Assembly: GCF_033153115.1 (NCBI RefSeq)
Contig: NW_026889799.1
Coordinates: forward strand, 1,860,001 to 1,924,000
Length of the DNA stretch: 64,000 nucleotides
Reading direction: 5' to 3'
Source: Saccostrea echinata
Lineage: Eukaryota
This document shows positions 37,601 to 51,662 of the stretch, in pieces. The notes under the pieces were generated by a model that worked only from the letters and a program-made list of their open reading frames with translations, ran no database searches and was not told the DNA's origin. Every line of letters begins with the position of its first letter. Within the stretch, counting starts at the first letter, position 1. Made by a program: the position numbers and the translations under genes.

Positions 37601-39702
37601 TGCAATTAAATTTTATACCATAACTTCTTATGGCCCCGCCCGCCCTTCTTAAAGTGCCCCCTCGACCCCTCTAGATTGCGCATGCTCTTCTTTCCTTAAG
37701 CTGGGAACACAGATTCTTTGAATTAGCCTGTTATCCCTATTATGGCCCATCATGTCCCTGAAGGTTATAATTTGAAATCTACACTAAATCAGAAACTTAC
37801 GTGCAAGTTTTATGTTTACTGATCCAGTGGTTCTTGAGAATACATTCAAACTTTTACCTTTATTAAAGGGATATCCCAAGTAAAACTTTCCTCCCTTACT
37901 GTAGCCCCAGCATACGTATCCCTCGGGGCTTGATTTAAACAATTTTGAACTAGGTCAGGAATTTAACACTCAATTTTTAAAATTGTCAAATTATACCTCG
38001 ATACTGACGAAATGATTATCCAAATCAATTGGATATGGTGCTGGTAGAAGTCCAGAGTGAGGGTCAGCCCAATTGTAAGTAAATGAGTCTACTTCGTCAA
38101 CATTTGAAAAGCTCCATGCGCGTATGATTACGTCGGCTGATGAATATTGTAAACTTTCACTGCCCCAGCCATCAAAGTAACATGCTACCCAGTCATCTGC
38201 GAAGTAAGATGGTCGAATTTACTGTTTGAAAGATAAGTTTTACTTCAAACAGGACATATGAAATCTGGACTTTTTTCGTGCAAGTTATAAGTATAAGTTA
38301 TAAGTGGTAGGCTACCACTACATATATTGTATGCGATATTGTCAGGTAAGAAATGTTGAGTACCAAAATGTCTTTCTTAAAGAGACTTCAAATGAATAAC
38401 AATCGTGTCTTCTCTTACAGAAAGACAAAAATATAAATGCCTTTTGAAAAAAATGCATTTTAGTCCATATTTCGGAAAGTAAAATTAAATGAACCTAATA
38501 TGAAGAATGTTTTGACGGCACAGTCTACACTGAGTGGGGGAGACCTTTCCCCTCACAATGTAAATTAATGTATAAAAAATTTTAAAGTGTATTTAAATGT
38601 ATTTAAAATTAAAAGACTAGTGTAATCACAGATTTCTGATTGTATGCAGAAATAAGTACACACTTGCTCTCCAATAAACAAGCTATCAAATATATTATGG
38701 ATAGGAAGAATAACTCAGTTTGATTTCAAAGTACATAAAAAAATTCTCATTCATTTGTAATATTTTATAGCAATTAGTTATTGCATCGTAGAAGAGAAAA
38801 GAGATATTGGCAATAGTTAATATTCGATTTATACAATGTGAACATACCATTTTTACTTGGAGCCCAGAGTGTGATTGAGTTTTGACTGACGCCAAAGACG
38901 ACCCCACAGATATGATTTGTACCTGTATCGTCGGCTGTCACAGGTGTTACACCTGAAATGACAGGGAAAGAAATTAAAATTAAATATTTATCATCCAAAC
39001 TTAAAAAAAAATACTGTTTTGGTTTTTGTGCATTTTGATATATTTGTTTCGAAAAAAATAATGCATCACTGTTTAAATTTTTGAACATGGAAACTAAGAG
39101 TGTACAACGTGCATGCAGAGTTATAGTTTTAAAATAATGGAATATTTAATCTACACATTTCGAACAAAATTTCTTTATATCTTTAGTACTTCAAAAATCA
39201 CTTCCCGAAGAAATTTAGAGGACGATTCAGGAATTTCATTTGAAAGGAGAGGGGGATTTTCGGAGACCGCTACTCTGGGTGCTTCTAGGAATTATCTAAA
39301 GTGACCTTTCATTTGTTTGAAAGACGAAATTTATACTTCATGTAACAGAAAACAATTGTTAACCCTATTGGTGAATTTTAAATATTGTTTTCCATTAATT
39401 GAAAATGATTTTTTTTGTTAAAAAAGTACATCATTAAAATCACAAGGATATACTTGACACATGTAGCATACTGTGGGATTATCATTTTTTGTGGGGCACC
39501 AATGTTCGATTTCGTGAATTTCGTGGGTCAAACTTATCCATGAATTTACATCCCTACGAACAATTATTTTGTCAAGGTTTTTTATTAATTGATTTATTAA
39601 TTGATTCATGTTTGTATAAGATACACACGAAATAACGTGCCCTGGAACCAACAAGATTTTGCTTACCCACGAACATTGACCCCCTCGAATCAAAATGATC
39701 CC

Positions 39703-39748
<46 letters not shown>

Positions 39749-42700
39749 CATTTTGGTGCTTCGTGGTACATAGACGCGTTTCCCTTGAGTGAAAATGAAG
39801 AATTTGAATATTTTCCAGGCCTGACCTTATCAAAGCTGATATTTTTAGATACCAAGTAAACTTTCTGTAAATCTAATAACTGGTTTGCATAAAACTCTCA
39901 GGGCAAAACCCTGTAGCTTAACCTTTGAATTGGTAGGGGTTTTTTTTAAGTATAATTATTGTAAAGCATATTTACTTCGTAAAAACTTGATTTTCTCATA
40001 ATTAATCTAGACTGACTGCTGGCAAAATTCCATTCATGCAAATATTTACATTCTTAAAGTTTACATAAAACAATGATTAAAATTTGCGAAATATGTATCT
40101 CAAAAAAGTGTATTAACTCTTCCAAAAACCTTTTGAAATTTCCATAGGTACTTCTTGCGCCCCGTTATAAGCAGCCCAATTTTTGTATTCATATGAAGCC
40201 AAATTTATTCACAAAAATTTATTCATTTCATTCCTTCATTGATTCGATATATCCCTTTTAACTCGAAGTGAAAGACATCACAGAATCTGACACATCTGAG
40301 TCTTATTTGGATATTTCATTAGTAAAAGTCATTAACGGCGACCTAAAACAAAAGTTTATGATCAACGTGATCAACTTCAATTTTCTATCGTCAACTTCCA
40401 TTATTTATGTAGTAATAATATATTATTTTAACCTGCTTATAGCGTGCATGTTTCCCAGATGGTTCGATAAGCAGGAGCATGCTCTAGGTACGAACAATTT
40501 CTAAAACGAGACAAGCTATTGACAAATAAGTCGATCATACAAGGATATCAACAGTCCGTTTAAAGTCAACAATTCGCAAACTCTATTGTCGTCATCAATG
40601 ACATTGGTATCAAATACAATCTATGGTTAAGTCGAATGATGACTGACGTCTTTGTCTTTCATACAAGTTGTAAGACCATTATTTTCACTCTAAATCTATG
40701 GATTTTTCCGTTTGCCCGATCATGACAAGGAGCAGACAGCGGGTGTGACCGGTAGACAGGGGAAGCCTACTCCTCCATGGTACCTGGCCCAATATCTGAT
40801 TATTTTAGAGGTCTGTGTTTGTTCTCTTCTAAATTTCTATTGTTTCAGTGAACTTGATTACTGTTTTATCTTCACATTTCATATCGCTAATAGAAAATAA
40901 ATGACTATCTCGCAAAGATAAGGTGTCGTAAATATTTGGTTATGTAGGATGTTGCTTCTAAGCATGTTTTACGATTTTAACAAGTTCTATTACGTTTATA
41001 ACAGCATCTACTATTTCATTTTAAAACACCTGTTCCCTCTGTGACGTAGCCGTCATTAAACACTAACTGGACTGTCACTAGATCAGGGTTAGCTCCAAAA
41101 CAAGCAGTCACTTGTTGATAGGGAAAACCTGTGAATAAGGTAAAAATTTAAATATATAATTATACATGTTTACTATCATTGAAATAGATGATATTCACGC
41201 TTCGGAAGCACCGAATTCAGTGAAATTAAAATTAAAATTTATCTTGATTTTTCATTATCGACATACCTGTGGAAATTGATAATCCTGATGTACTTGAAAA
41301 AATAGGAGTGGGCAATTCAGATAATTTCCAAACCCTGATTCGGACTTTACCAGTAACAAACGTGCCGTAAAATGGACCACTGTATGATCCACCACCTATT
41401 AAAGCGGAAAAAGAAATAAAATATTGTTAAAAATATTTCATATTTCAAACATATTGTCATTTAATAATAATAAAAGGATAAAGATAGCATTTTTCCTTGG
41501 GTTAAGGGTCCTTTAATGTTTGTGTATTTTTTGCCTAATTGCGATTTTTTTCTATCCGGTTTTCTGCAGTTTGTTTGCCGATTATTTCTCCAGAACCAAT
41601 TTTAAGCGGTCTATAGTATATAAGTTAAACTTTATACAGAGTCAAGAAACAAAGGGAAATAGGCAATACACTGAGATCGACACTCCATTATAAATAATGG
41701 ACGGGGGATGTGAGCTGGTCAAATGGGTCGGTTTAATCCAACTAAAGCAGAAAACCCCTTCATGATATTTTGCAGTTGAGACAAAATGAGTCAAACTCGA
41801 AAAAAAAGAATCCCTTAGGGACCAAAAAACCACTTTAAAAAAACTTATCACTTATTTACAATCGATTTGTAAGGTAGCATATTTCTGCCTCTATTTGTCA
41901 GATATTTATGTCGGCTTGTCAGATAATTATCCTCATGACTAGGAACTCAGTATTTTGATATTAAAGCTTGTTATTGTCACTAACTGATATCTACTTGACA
42001 TCATATCTGACAAGTCGACAAATTATTTGACAAGTAGATATATATATGACAATTCGACTTGTCAGATAATAATGTCAACATGTCGGATGTTCTGTCAATT
42101 TGGATCGCATAGAGACAACATGTACATAGTACTTACCTGTAGTAATAATTCGTCCAAAACCACGTGTGAACTGTCTTGCAACTGGAACAAACACTTTCAC
42201 GTGCTGTGAATTATATAAGCACGCAACGCCCCCATATTCCGATGCTATGTCATCATCACGCTGTGTTGATCCAATACCAGGAAATATATATTGTTTATCT
42301 CCATGTATCACCTTGACCTGTACGTCAACTTTTGCAGGCATCTCGTTTAAAGAGTGAGAAATCTGAACGGGGCTTGTGCCATTTACAGTAACGTCAAACC
42401 AGTCGCTTATAAAAAGTGTTTGAATTCTCCACGCTACAACCATCAAATAAACATCAGAAAATAATACTTAATTAGACATTCTCTTAGTAAATTATAGATT
42501 TTTGGAAATAATATATAGAAATACGAGTCATATCAATTTTGATGCAACACTTTTCTATTTCATAATTTTCACTTTTATTTTAAGGACTTTTTTACTCTTA
42601 CGTATATATATATTGCCAAACAAGCACTGGTACATTGAATAGTACTCTTCATGCAAAATTTTGATCTTTGTTATTTGAGTTTAAGTTTTTGTCCGCAATG

Positions 42701-43260
42701 GGGATTTTAAAATCAAATAAAAAGAACGTAAATGTCTATTGGTATTCATTTTTTACCAATGCTTCAAGATATTTTGGTTAAACAATTGTAAGGCAATGTT
42801 TCTATTACAGTTGGCATATGTATGTAAAATGTGAGTATAAAAAATAGTGATTTTCTCAAAAATCTAGTGAAGAGAACGAATCGAAAACAGAGCAAATAAA
42901 GACAGACCCCTGAAAACGCAAGAGATGAGAACAGGTGCTAGGAGAAGAAAGTATTTCCTGTCGACAGATCACATCCGCCATGTATGAACCCTCTATTTTG
43001 AATGGGGTTATCTGTAGTCAAAATTGTATAAACACAATGTTTAATTTAATATTTTTTGTTTTACAATAATTTTAACAAGAATTATTAAACAAGAATATCT
43101 AAAATTTCATTTACCAAATTTTAGCAATATTTTTAATGTTGCAAAGAGCACCATTAAAAAAAGTAAAGCTATGTATACAATGCTCCATTTATACTTTTTT
43201 CACAATAAAAGTTGGCATCTAAAATAGGATATAAATACAACTATCTTTGCTATAAATCAC

Positions 43261-43306
<46 letters not shown>

Positions 43307-45226
43307 CTTTGTACGTGAATGTACATATATAACTGTGCAAGTTTACTGCCTGATACATGTAGCATACTCTCTACCTACAAGATGTGCAACATACGATAGG
43401 TTCAAATATATAATATTCAGTTTGTGAATTAATTGATTTTATGAACAAAATAAATAATTCATGACAACAAGATTAGATATAAGTTTTTTATTCGTGTTTA
43501 TGTCATATTGTTATTCAACTCAAGCATTTAGAGTTTACGCGTACTTAATTACGGAAATTAAACATGACTCAATGCGAGTAAATTTTAGCTTTCAGTTGCA
43601 GTTAACTCTGCATCATTCTGCATAGCTCGGAATGCGCACTTTTAATTGTTTTTGTAGATGTCGCCATGGGTTTTTCTAGGGGTCTGCGCCGTTCGCGGCA
43701 TTCCTTGATTTGGCTGCTCGCTGCAAGGACGATTTAAATCCCCCCCCCCCCACTGACCTCCCTCATTTCTTTCAGAAACTCTAGATACTTTTGTTCTTAG
43801 GTGGCAACATTATTTATTCCCACTCTTGCCAACCTATGCCATTTATTCAATCATATCAAATGATACATTTTCTGAATGCTAATTATATACGATTTAATAT
43901 TTTGAGTAATGTACTTTTGTGAATAATTGACCTTTTCAGAAAATTTGGGTCCTGTGTCTATTTTACGGAAAACAAGCTCGGACTCTGGCTGTTTATAATT
44001 TAGAAGTATATTGGTCGGTATAAAACATTTTAGAGTAAAAGGTCTTATTATTGACAGAAATAAAATTATGACAAAGAAAATTTTTCTGCGGAAAATTCTC
44101 TCAGCAAAATTTATTCTATGTTTTAAAAAATAAAGTGTGGTATTCTTAGGATTCGAGCCCAAGTAATATGTTACCATTTTTTTTCTTTGAGACTAGCACG
44201 TTAACCGTTACCCTACAACTCTAATGACAAATATCGGCATTTAAATCAAATATTTGATATGGCCCTTGACTAAGTGGACCACAAATATTTCTCGAAAAGA
44301 TACGAATATTGTGTCGTTAACTTTTAAAAAAAAATGGAGCGAAGACCCACTCATATTGAAAAATTAAGATACAGTATGAAGAAATGGTCATGTTTGCCCT
44401 CTTTAGTGTGTGTACATGTAAACTCTGTATGCTATTTCATCAATGAAAAATCTCAATCTTTGTGAGATTATTGCACATAGTGGAGATTTTACATAAAGTA
44501 TAGATTAATGTTAAATTAAATATCAAACAAAATTTTATCATAAATGAGATTGACATTTATTTTTTTAACTTTCTTATATGTTGCAACATGACCATTTTCC
44601 TCGCCTTGTTCATCCATCTCTTTTGAGGTTATAGCCATAATACCACAGTTTATGTTTTATTTAAAAATTATGGGAAAACAATACCTGTCTATGTTTTGTA
44701 TATGACCAGCTTTGATATATTTGATAGTAGAGTAATAGAAGATTAATTAGTTGATCAATCTATTTCATAATTAATATCAATGTACTATATGAAAATTGAA
44801 TTTATTCCAGATAGAAGCTTAAGCACATTTATTTTTTACAGGAATTTTACTTATAACTGACGACATTATAATGAATAACATATATATTTTTGACGAAGCA
44901 CTGAAACTTTGCAGGTTGATTTTTCTTTTCATTTCCATTGAAATAGACAACAAAGACTTTATTAATATTTTTATCGATTAATCAAATCAAAACTTACGAT
45001 TTTTCCAAGTATACTAGACATGATTATTTTATTTCTTCCTTGATATAATTGTATTTATGTTTTTATTGGGGAATCGAGTTCTCAGATTTACTTCTGGAAT
45101 TTCTAGCAAGATGAAAGAATAAGCTAATAAATTCATTATTTTTAATACAAATTATTGTAAGAAAATTAACTTACCTTTCCAAAAATAAATCATCCAAAAT
45201 ATCCAAATGAAACAAGTGGTTTTCAT
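28622..45226 (-). CDS. Paralog B: intact ~563-aa type I membrane protein (signal peptide, 3 uncharacterised repeats, 2 sushi/CCP domains, stalk, TM)
   Basis: Ten GT-AG exons: 45175-45226 (MKTTCFIWIFWMIYFWK), 42137-42433, 41267-41395, 41030-41128, 38848-38952, 37997-38196, 34801-35047, 32462-32635 (sushi 1), 31580-31738 (sushi 2), 28622-28851 (CAYDPRPSS..TM..QRKN*). Total 1692 nt = 564 codons with no internal stop. Exon 1 is the least certain assignment. Confidence 0.88.
29171..30187 (+). mobile_element. Helitron/Helentron-like element carrying ~5 copies of a ~145-bp satellite
   Basis: 5' TTTTTATGCCCCCG..CGGGGG hairpin and (TCTG)n tract. Monomers (CTTTAACCTTG.CCAT) start at 29291, 29446, 29591, 29735 and 29880. 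3' end GGGGCATC..GTTTCACAAACACATCTTGT. Confidence 0.8.
30640..31035 (+). mobile_element. Shorter copy of the same satellite-carrying element (~2 monomers)
   Basis: Same TATAGTTTTTGCCC + (TCTG)n head and AAACACATCCTGT end. Confidence 0.75.
31580..31738 (-). CDS. Degenerate two-cysteine sushi exon 2 of paralog B (not in ORF track)
   Basis: TTVPNPPTIANADHLVSGNIAQYACRVGFYPDMGGNIILYYGTGWTTTKLECK; phase 1-1, keeps P-x-I-x-N, Y-x-C-x-x-G-F, W and the final C. Confidence 0.8.
32462..32635 (-). CDS. Sushi/CCP exon 1 of paralog B (not in ORF track)
   Basis: ECAPPPDILNTVKVNNGLGRGSLTSYSCLAGFVSNGGLSVSSCNGTHWLETHLTCSLF; AG/GT bounded, phase 1-1. Confidence 0.88.
33127..34568. mobile_element. TA-flanked non-autonomous DNA transposon inserted in a Penelope-like fragment
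   Basis: TIRs ..GTATAACGGATATTTTCTGCGGTTG / CAACCGCAGAAAATACCCGTTATAGGG|TA. The flanks (32920-33125 and 34570-34640) rejoin as Penelope-like RT sequence (KLYDKQEDFSF ... LQGFQQ..KFYGR). Confidence 0.78.
33821..34103. mobile_element. Small MITE (43-bp TIRs) nested in 33127-34568
   Basis: ATTATCAATTCCAGTGAAGTGTGCCGTTTCGCATTACGTCAC versus GTGACGTAATGCAAAACGGCACACTTAACTGGAATTAATAAT. Confidence 0.8.
35877..36303. mobile_element. Degenerate mariner/pogo-type MITE
   Basis: TA|CCGTATTAACTCG start, internal CGACTTATA repeats, ..CGAGTATATAC end. Confidence 0.5.
37160..37740 (+). mobile_element. Helitron/Helentron-like element of a different family with ~3 internal repeats
   Basis: TTTTTGTCCCCC GCTTTC..GAAAGT GGGGG hairpin, (TCTG)n, and repeats of ATCTCAAGAAGCCTTTGAG..AAGGTCAA. 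Confidence 0.65.
39470..39704. mobile_element. Short TA-flanked MITE
   Basis: TACTGTGGGATT..TCATTTTTGTGGGG..CAATGTTCG versus CGAACATTGACCCCCTCGAAT..AAATGATCCCAG. Confidence 0.55.
40100..40880 (+). mobile_element. Penelope-like retroelement 3' fragment (RT C-terminal half plus 3' tail)
   Basis: Degenerate translation includes IPIGTSCAPL, YSYEAKF, KDITES..SYLDI, K.YD.RD.FNF.IVNF and KL..QGY. It is followed by the GGGTGTGACCGGT.GACAGGGGA..CTCC..CCTG tail. Confidence 0.75.
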
Positions 45227-45785
45227 TATGACGGTTGTTTACCATAATACAATGACCAAGTCCGCTTTGGACTAGATCATCAATGCGAATATCTGAATTG
45301 GAATTATCAACCGGAACTTCATTTAATATCTTTTTTCATAAACCATTCAATTCAGAAATTCTTACATACAAAAATAAGTAAAGGATTGGTTGTTTGTAAT
45401 AAGTATTTGCCAACAGGATAATTATCAATATTTTTTTCCTATTTCGAGTACTTAAATCGGCAATGTTTTCCTTCTGTTTCATTAACGAAGCAGCAGGTGC
45501 ACTCATTTAACAATGTTGTTTTGTGTATTATTTTTATTCTTAACTAGGCCTCCGTTACTAACTCTAATATTTACTCCATGACCTCAGTTCCAACTATAGT
45601 AAAAACACTTAGGGATATTCTTTTAAGAAAAAATGGGTAAAATAGGCTGATCATATAATAAGCAGAAAAGATGAAATAGTTCCGTGACGATATTCACTTT
45701 AGACAGTTTATATACATCTTACAAAATATAAATTGGTAAATGTTTAAAGGTAAAGGACGATAAAGGAACAACTGTTGACAATGTA

Positions 45786-46309
45786 CGAGGGTTGTCCAAA
45801 AAGCTCGTGGACAATGGAGTTTTTGTCAAAATGAATGGATCAAGATATACTAATTGTATACCGAAATATTAGTTATGAAAATCCAAGTCCAATTTCAACG
45901 ATGTTTAAAAGAAACTACAAGAAGTTGGAAACCACTGTTATTTGATAAATATATTATATCTCTATTCATGACGTTGTAATAAATCTAGCGCCGTCGGACT
46001 GGTCTTTGCAGCCTGTGTATTTATATTGATGACGCTCGTAAATTATCGTATATTGTTTTGAATTTAAAAAAAAATAAATCAGTTATGATCTATACATAAA
46101 TATTATTGCGCACACATTTTTATGGTCAGTATTCTAGACATTCGAGATTCTGACGTCATTTTCAGAGTTATTACGTAATAAAAATTACATAGTGACGTCA
46201 CAATATGTGTATATTTTTGTGATCTGTCCAATGCTACCAAACTCAATAATTACTGTTGAATGGTTAATATTTTATCATATTGTTCTCAGAACTTTTCAAA
46301 TGTCCCTCG
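45786..46309. mobile_element. Mariner-type MITE upstream of paralog B
   Basis: TA|CGAGGG..AAAAG.TC ... GAACTTTTCAAATGTCCCTCG|TA. Confidence 0.65.
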
Positions 46310-46495
46310 TATTTACATGAAGTTTGAAGCATGTAATCCCAACTGTTTCGGCAATGAACAGGTAACACATTCTGGACAAAATAAGCATGCTCAACATTTC
46401 TCCTCTCCTTGATCACTGATATCTTGAATACTATGAATATGTTGAAATGAATTTGAAGTGGATATCTGGAATACTCAGATATCTCAAACTTTTTT

Positions 46496-47314
46496 ATCGC
46501 ACATAGGTGCTTTTGATCACATGATTTTTGTTTACTGTACATGTAATTTTAGATGGAAGACATTTTTATGATTTTTTTTTATAAGTTCCTTACCTGATCA
46601 ATACGGCGGGCTCACGTGAATATGGGATGTTTCCTTTCTGTTTGACACCTGTTTCCACCTCTGGTTTTTCCTTGGATCCGTGTTTTGCCCTGTTTATGAT
46701 TCGTATTCTTTCACTTATTATGACATTTTGATGTTCATACGTTTAGTGATGTCAAGATTTTTTATGTCAGCAACTTCACACACATAAGTCAAAATTGATA
46801 CAAATTATTATTTTAAAAGAAGATCTAAATCTAAGTGACATTCGATTGGCAAACAAGGATTCTTGTTTCAAGTTTTCTTTAATTTGACCGAGTGGCTATT
46901 GATAAGAAGATAAAGATATGTGAGAAGATTTTATTTATCAGTAAAACCCACTTGAGGCTTCTTGCCCAGGTGAGCTAAAAAGGGTTCTATATTCAATTTT
47001 AAAAAAATACAATCTTTTTTTTTTCTTGACATATGATTTTGATATAAATGAATGGAATTGGTATTGTAAATAAACAAATCAGATGACTTAAAAGATGGCC
47101 ATAGGAAAATTCTTGTACATTCATCTGAGTTTTATCTGGGTTTGATTATGGGTGTTTTCTCAAAATGTATGAATGAATTTTGTTTTAAATGTTATATTGT
47201 TACCTTTCGTGGTATAAATAACCCTTGAAAATGTTATTTAAATATATTAATTAATTACTTTTGCTAAGTGGGAAAAAATGTCTGACACTTCTTGAGATTT
47301 GTGAATTTCTTATA

Positions 47315-47366
<52 letters not shown>

Positions 47367-47430
47367 ACCCTGGTTCGATACACTTGGGGCGGTACATATG
47401 ACGGCAGGGGTCTTTTAGTCATTTAAAAAA
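46496..47430. repeat. Second copy of the duplicated upstream block
   Basis: See 20921-22100. Lies 1.3-2.2 kb upstream of the paralog B ATG. Confidence 0.92.
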
Positions 47431-48047
47431 GATGATATTAATACGTCTCATGATATTCCGATTTAAACATACGGCGAATTTATATTCATTAAAAATAAAA
47501 ATAAAAATTCAAGAATAAAAATTATGCTTGTGTGCTTTTGTGTATATTCTAAATAAGTGCTAACAGCAAATGGGACAATTTTAGTTTGGCGCGTTAATTT
47601 AAAACCTACAGTTGTACATTTGGCAAAACGTTTGATTTCGATTTCAACTTAAAATTGAGTTGATATTCTTACCATATCCTTTTAAAGAATAAGAATGATT
47701 TTCGGTGCAGTCCAACAATTAAGCTAAAGATAAGAGAGAAAACTCAAGCTCTACACGATAATTCTGTCGGAGGGACATCCATGATCTAAGTTTCCTTTTA
47801 CAGTGAACATGGAGACATAACACTAAATCTTTATTAAATCAAGAGCAATAATGGTAACATATAATATAAAAATTTTTTGTAGAAGAACAATCGTAAGCTG
47901 ACGTTATTTACATTGTAAAAAGAGAGAGCCCGATGCAACAGGAACATAAATAAAGTAAAACATAGGGACCATCATTCCTGAGTGTGTGGATGTTAAATTT
48001 CCAATAGCCCTTTTTGATACACTGTATACCGAATCTTAACTTACCAA

Positions 48048-48184
48048 TTTACATCGTGACATCCATTTTGATATAATGGATCTGTAATTTACAAGTTTAC
48101 ATTGTGAAATCCATATTGTATATTGGAACTGTAATTTACATGTTTACATTGTTTAAATCCATTTTGATTTACTGGAACTGTATT
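48048..48184. repeat. ~47-bp tandem repeat, 3 copies
   Basis: TTTACAT.GT...ATCCAT.TTG....TGGA.CTGTA repeated three times. Confidence 0.8.
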
Positions 48185-49033
48185 ATCAAATTCTGATCAA
48201 GAAGTTCAATACACATACATGTATTAGTTTGTATAATTTTGATGTGTAGGTATGGAAAGAGCAGGCATAAAGTATCTTTTACTATTCATAGCATACAACA
48301 AGACCCTACATTGTTTTGGAAGTATCTTATTTATAAATAATCAATTGGAGGCAAAACAACTTCTTTGTGTTTCTCAATTGATGTAAGAATTTTGTTTCTT
48401 TGTTTGTTAAACAACAGACAAACAAACAAAACAATATTATTTTCACTGGTCAAATGACAATCGTAGATTTCTTCGAGATTGCAGAAATGCTCCCTCCACC
48501 ACCTAACCCCCTCCCCGTATCCCTATCGAGAGGGGGCAACCCGGTCTTTGCCTACCACACTCTGCGCGTCATGTTAAGTCTGTGAATCCACACTAGCCTA
48601 CACATTAGTAAAAAGAAATACCCCTGTTTGACAGTTCACTCTCCCACAAAATGAGAAAGGTATTCTCTAAAGTAAAACTTTCCAGAGGTGGATCCAAGAC
48701 TTCATAATGGGAGTGGGGGGGGGGGGGATTTAAAAGATAAAATTACAACAGAAACACAAAACACTTGTAGTTAAAATGAATAAAACTGCATAAGTTTTAT
48801 CAAGACACAGGCCTTCTTTATTGAATATTAATGACAAGTCCTTTCTAACAGATTTTATTTTATCAAATAAACATTGCAATATGTCTACAAAACATAATTT
48901 TAATCAAAACAACCATATTTTGATAGATTGGTCAATTTGAAAATGTTTTTACTGCAATCTGCAGCATAAAAGGAAAATTTATATTTGTAACTGATCACAA
49001 GATAGACTATACGCTGATAGAGCCCTATAATTA

Positions 49034-51662
49034 TAAGGTCTTTCCACCTTTCTGTGGAAAGACCTCTTGAAATGCTTATTAGGACTTTCCACCTTTCTGT
49101 GGAAAGACCTATTGATTTTCTTCTGTTTATTATTATTATTATTATTAGGGCTTTCCACCTTTCTGTGGAAAGTCCTATTGATTTTCTTCGGTTTATTATT
49201 ATTATTCTTATTATTCTTATTATTATTACTTTTCTTCCGCTGATTTTTTGTTTCGCAACTTATCGAAGAGACGCATCTTTCATATTAGTCGACTACTTAA
49301 ATGATTTTCAGATTTGACCCAACGACTTCGATCGATGACATTTAATGAAGTTATTGCCCCTTTCGCAAGAAAAGCTTGTTATCGCTACTCCTCTGAAACC
49401 ACAAACCGTAGATATACAGAACCTTCACCAATGCTTTTCACGAATTGAGAGGGCTTTTCAATCTATCATTGAAAGGATTCATTGAAGCCTTATACAAGTT
49501 ATTGCCCCTGAAGTTTTCTTTCTGTTTACGTAAACTTGAAAAAAAATTTAACGGTTATACGTAGAGACATGGGACCAACTGGAATGGATTCTTGCATTAT
49601 TGTTCTTGATATTAAGGTCAAGTTCAAAGGTCAAGGTCATCCAAAATATCAGAAATATAAAACATATGAAGGGGGGGGGGGGGGGGGGGTAAACCAATAT
49701 AAATGTATGAAATAAACTATTCCTCGCTTTCATTATCTTGTTTTCTTCTTAAAATGCATGTAGAACATTTTATTTATCATAGCTGCATTTAATATAACCC
49801 ACATGGAAGCTTGTTTCATTCAGGAACCTTCTTACTGAACCTGCAACAATCTTAGGATCTACAGTCAGGCCGCTTTAAGTCCATTCCATGTTTTCCCATA
49901 TGACGACCTACATAGTACATACCATTAGCCTCGAGTCCGATTCATTTCATCGGCAACTTTTTTAAGTAGTTTAACTATTTCAGAACATTTAACACCTCAA
50001 ATTAAACCTTCGAATGCATAATGCACAAAAATAGAACTACGATATGCACACTTAAACACATGTCATGTATTGTACTTCCATGGTAACTATGTAAACATTG
50101 GCTATAGTCAGCGCTACACAAACACAGAAACAAAAAAGAGAAAAGGAGAGAGAGAAATAAAAGAGGAGAGAAGGGAAGAGAGAAGGGGAAGGAGAGAAAA
50201 ATTGGCCCCTTAATCGCAAAAAAAAACATCTTTTTTGGAGATGCGCAAAGACCTTTTGAACTCTACAGAGAAACGAGCCCGACAATAAATGTATAGCAAA
50301 AGACGAATTTTTTAGTTTTATTTATTTTCTTGTATTTTTCTACTTTTTCTTCTTCTTTGTTTCTTTTTTTTTCTTTTGAAAGCCAAATGATATGGAAACA
50401 TGTTTCTCTAAACTACTTAATACTGATTACTATCTTGTCTAACCAATGCAAGTATTCCTAAAGCATTATTTTACTACGTACGTCTTCATCGGAATCCGTG
50501 GCGTAGTGGTTAGCGAGCCTGCCTTTCAAGCTAAAGGTTTTGAGTTGGAGCCCTGCTGAAAACACTTTTTTTTTTGCATTTTTGTATTTTTTGCATTTTT
50601 TGCATTTTTCTTCTTCTTTTACAACCCAAATTACATGGAAACACTTAGAAAGGTGGAAAGACCTCTAATTGTTCTTTGAACAATTTGTCTACCAGTTATT
50701 ATTATTTTTCTTCCACTGATTTTTTGTTTCGACATTTATCAAAAAGATTTTTTGTTCATCGTAAAGGTCATAAAAAGTTTTGAACAAATTTCACCCAACG
50801 CGTATAACCTATGACCCCTTTCGCAGTTATTGCCCCTTTCACTAGAAACCTTGTTATCGCTACTCCTCTGAAACCGTAAACCGTAGTGTTACAAAACCTT
50901 CACCAATGTCTTTGACTAATTGAGAAGACTTTTCAATCTATTCATTACGAAAGGATTTGTTGAGCCCTTTTATGAGTTATTGCCCCTGAAAGTTTTTGAA
51001 GTTTACAAATAATAAAAAATTTTCAAAACCATAAGTCATAGAGACATGGGACCAACTGGATTAGATTCTTTGACCTCAGACCTTGAAGTTTATGTCAAGG
51101 TCAAAGGTCAAGGTCATTCAAAATATGAGAAATTAAGCTCTTTTTATATCTCTTTTGTCTTTCAACATATACTAAATAGATTTCATACTTGTCCCCTAAG
51201 ATTTACCCCTTTAAAAGTTATTGCCTCTTTTGCTGAAAACCTTGTTATCGCTACTCCTCCGAAACCGTAAATCATAGAGACACAAAACCTTCACTAATGT
51301 CTTCAGGGTCTTTAGACACAACTTCAATCTATTCAGTGCGAAAGTATTCAATGACCCCTTATATGAGTTATTGCCCTTTAACGTCTTTGTGCTTACTATT
51401 AAACCTTATAACGTTAAAACTAAAAGTCGTAGAAGCATGGGGTCAAGTGCAATGTGACTCTTGACCTTTGACCTTGAATATTTGTTCAAGGTCAAGGTCA
51501 TTTTAAAATTTTTAAGATTTTCATTTTTTCTATCTTTCAAGCCATTTATGGACCCTTTTTGTATAAGAATTAACTTTAGAGAGTAAAATATGAAAAATAT
51601 GAAATTTATAGAGGGTGGAAAGACCTCTTATTGTTCGAGAACAATTAGTCTACTAGTTATTA
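49034..51662 (+). mobile_element. Tandem dimer of a Helentron/DINE-like non-autonomous element
   Basis: 5' hairpin AGGTCTTTCCAC..GTGGAAAGACCT occurs three times (49034-49180), with (ATT)n and GTTATTGCCCC satellite-like units. The 3' end GGTGGAAAGACCTCT..TTGTTC..GAACAA..CTA.TAGTT occurs twice (~50650-50700 and ~51613-51662). Confidence 0.72.
50495..50560 (+). other. tRNA-like relic inside the Helentron-like element
   Basis: TCCGTGGCGTAGTGGTTAGCG (A-box/D-arm) and a degenerate B-box GAGTTGGAGCCC; no complete cloverleaf. Confidence 0.4.
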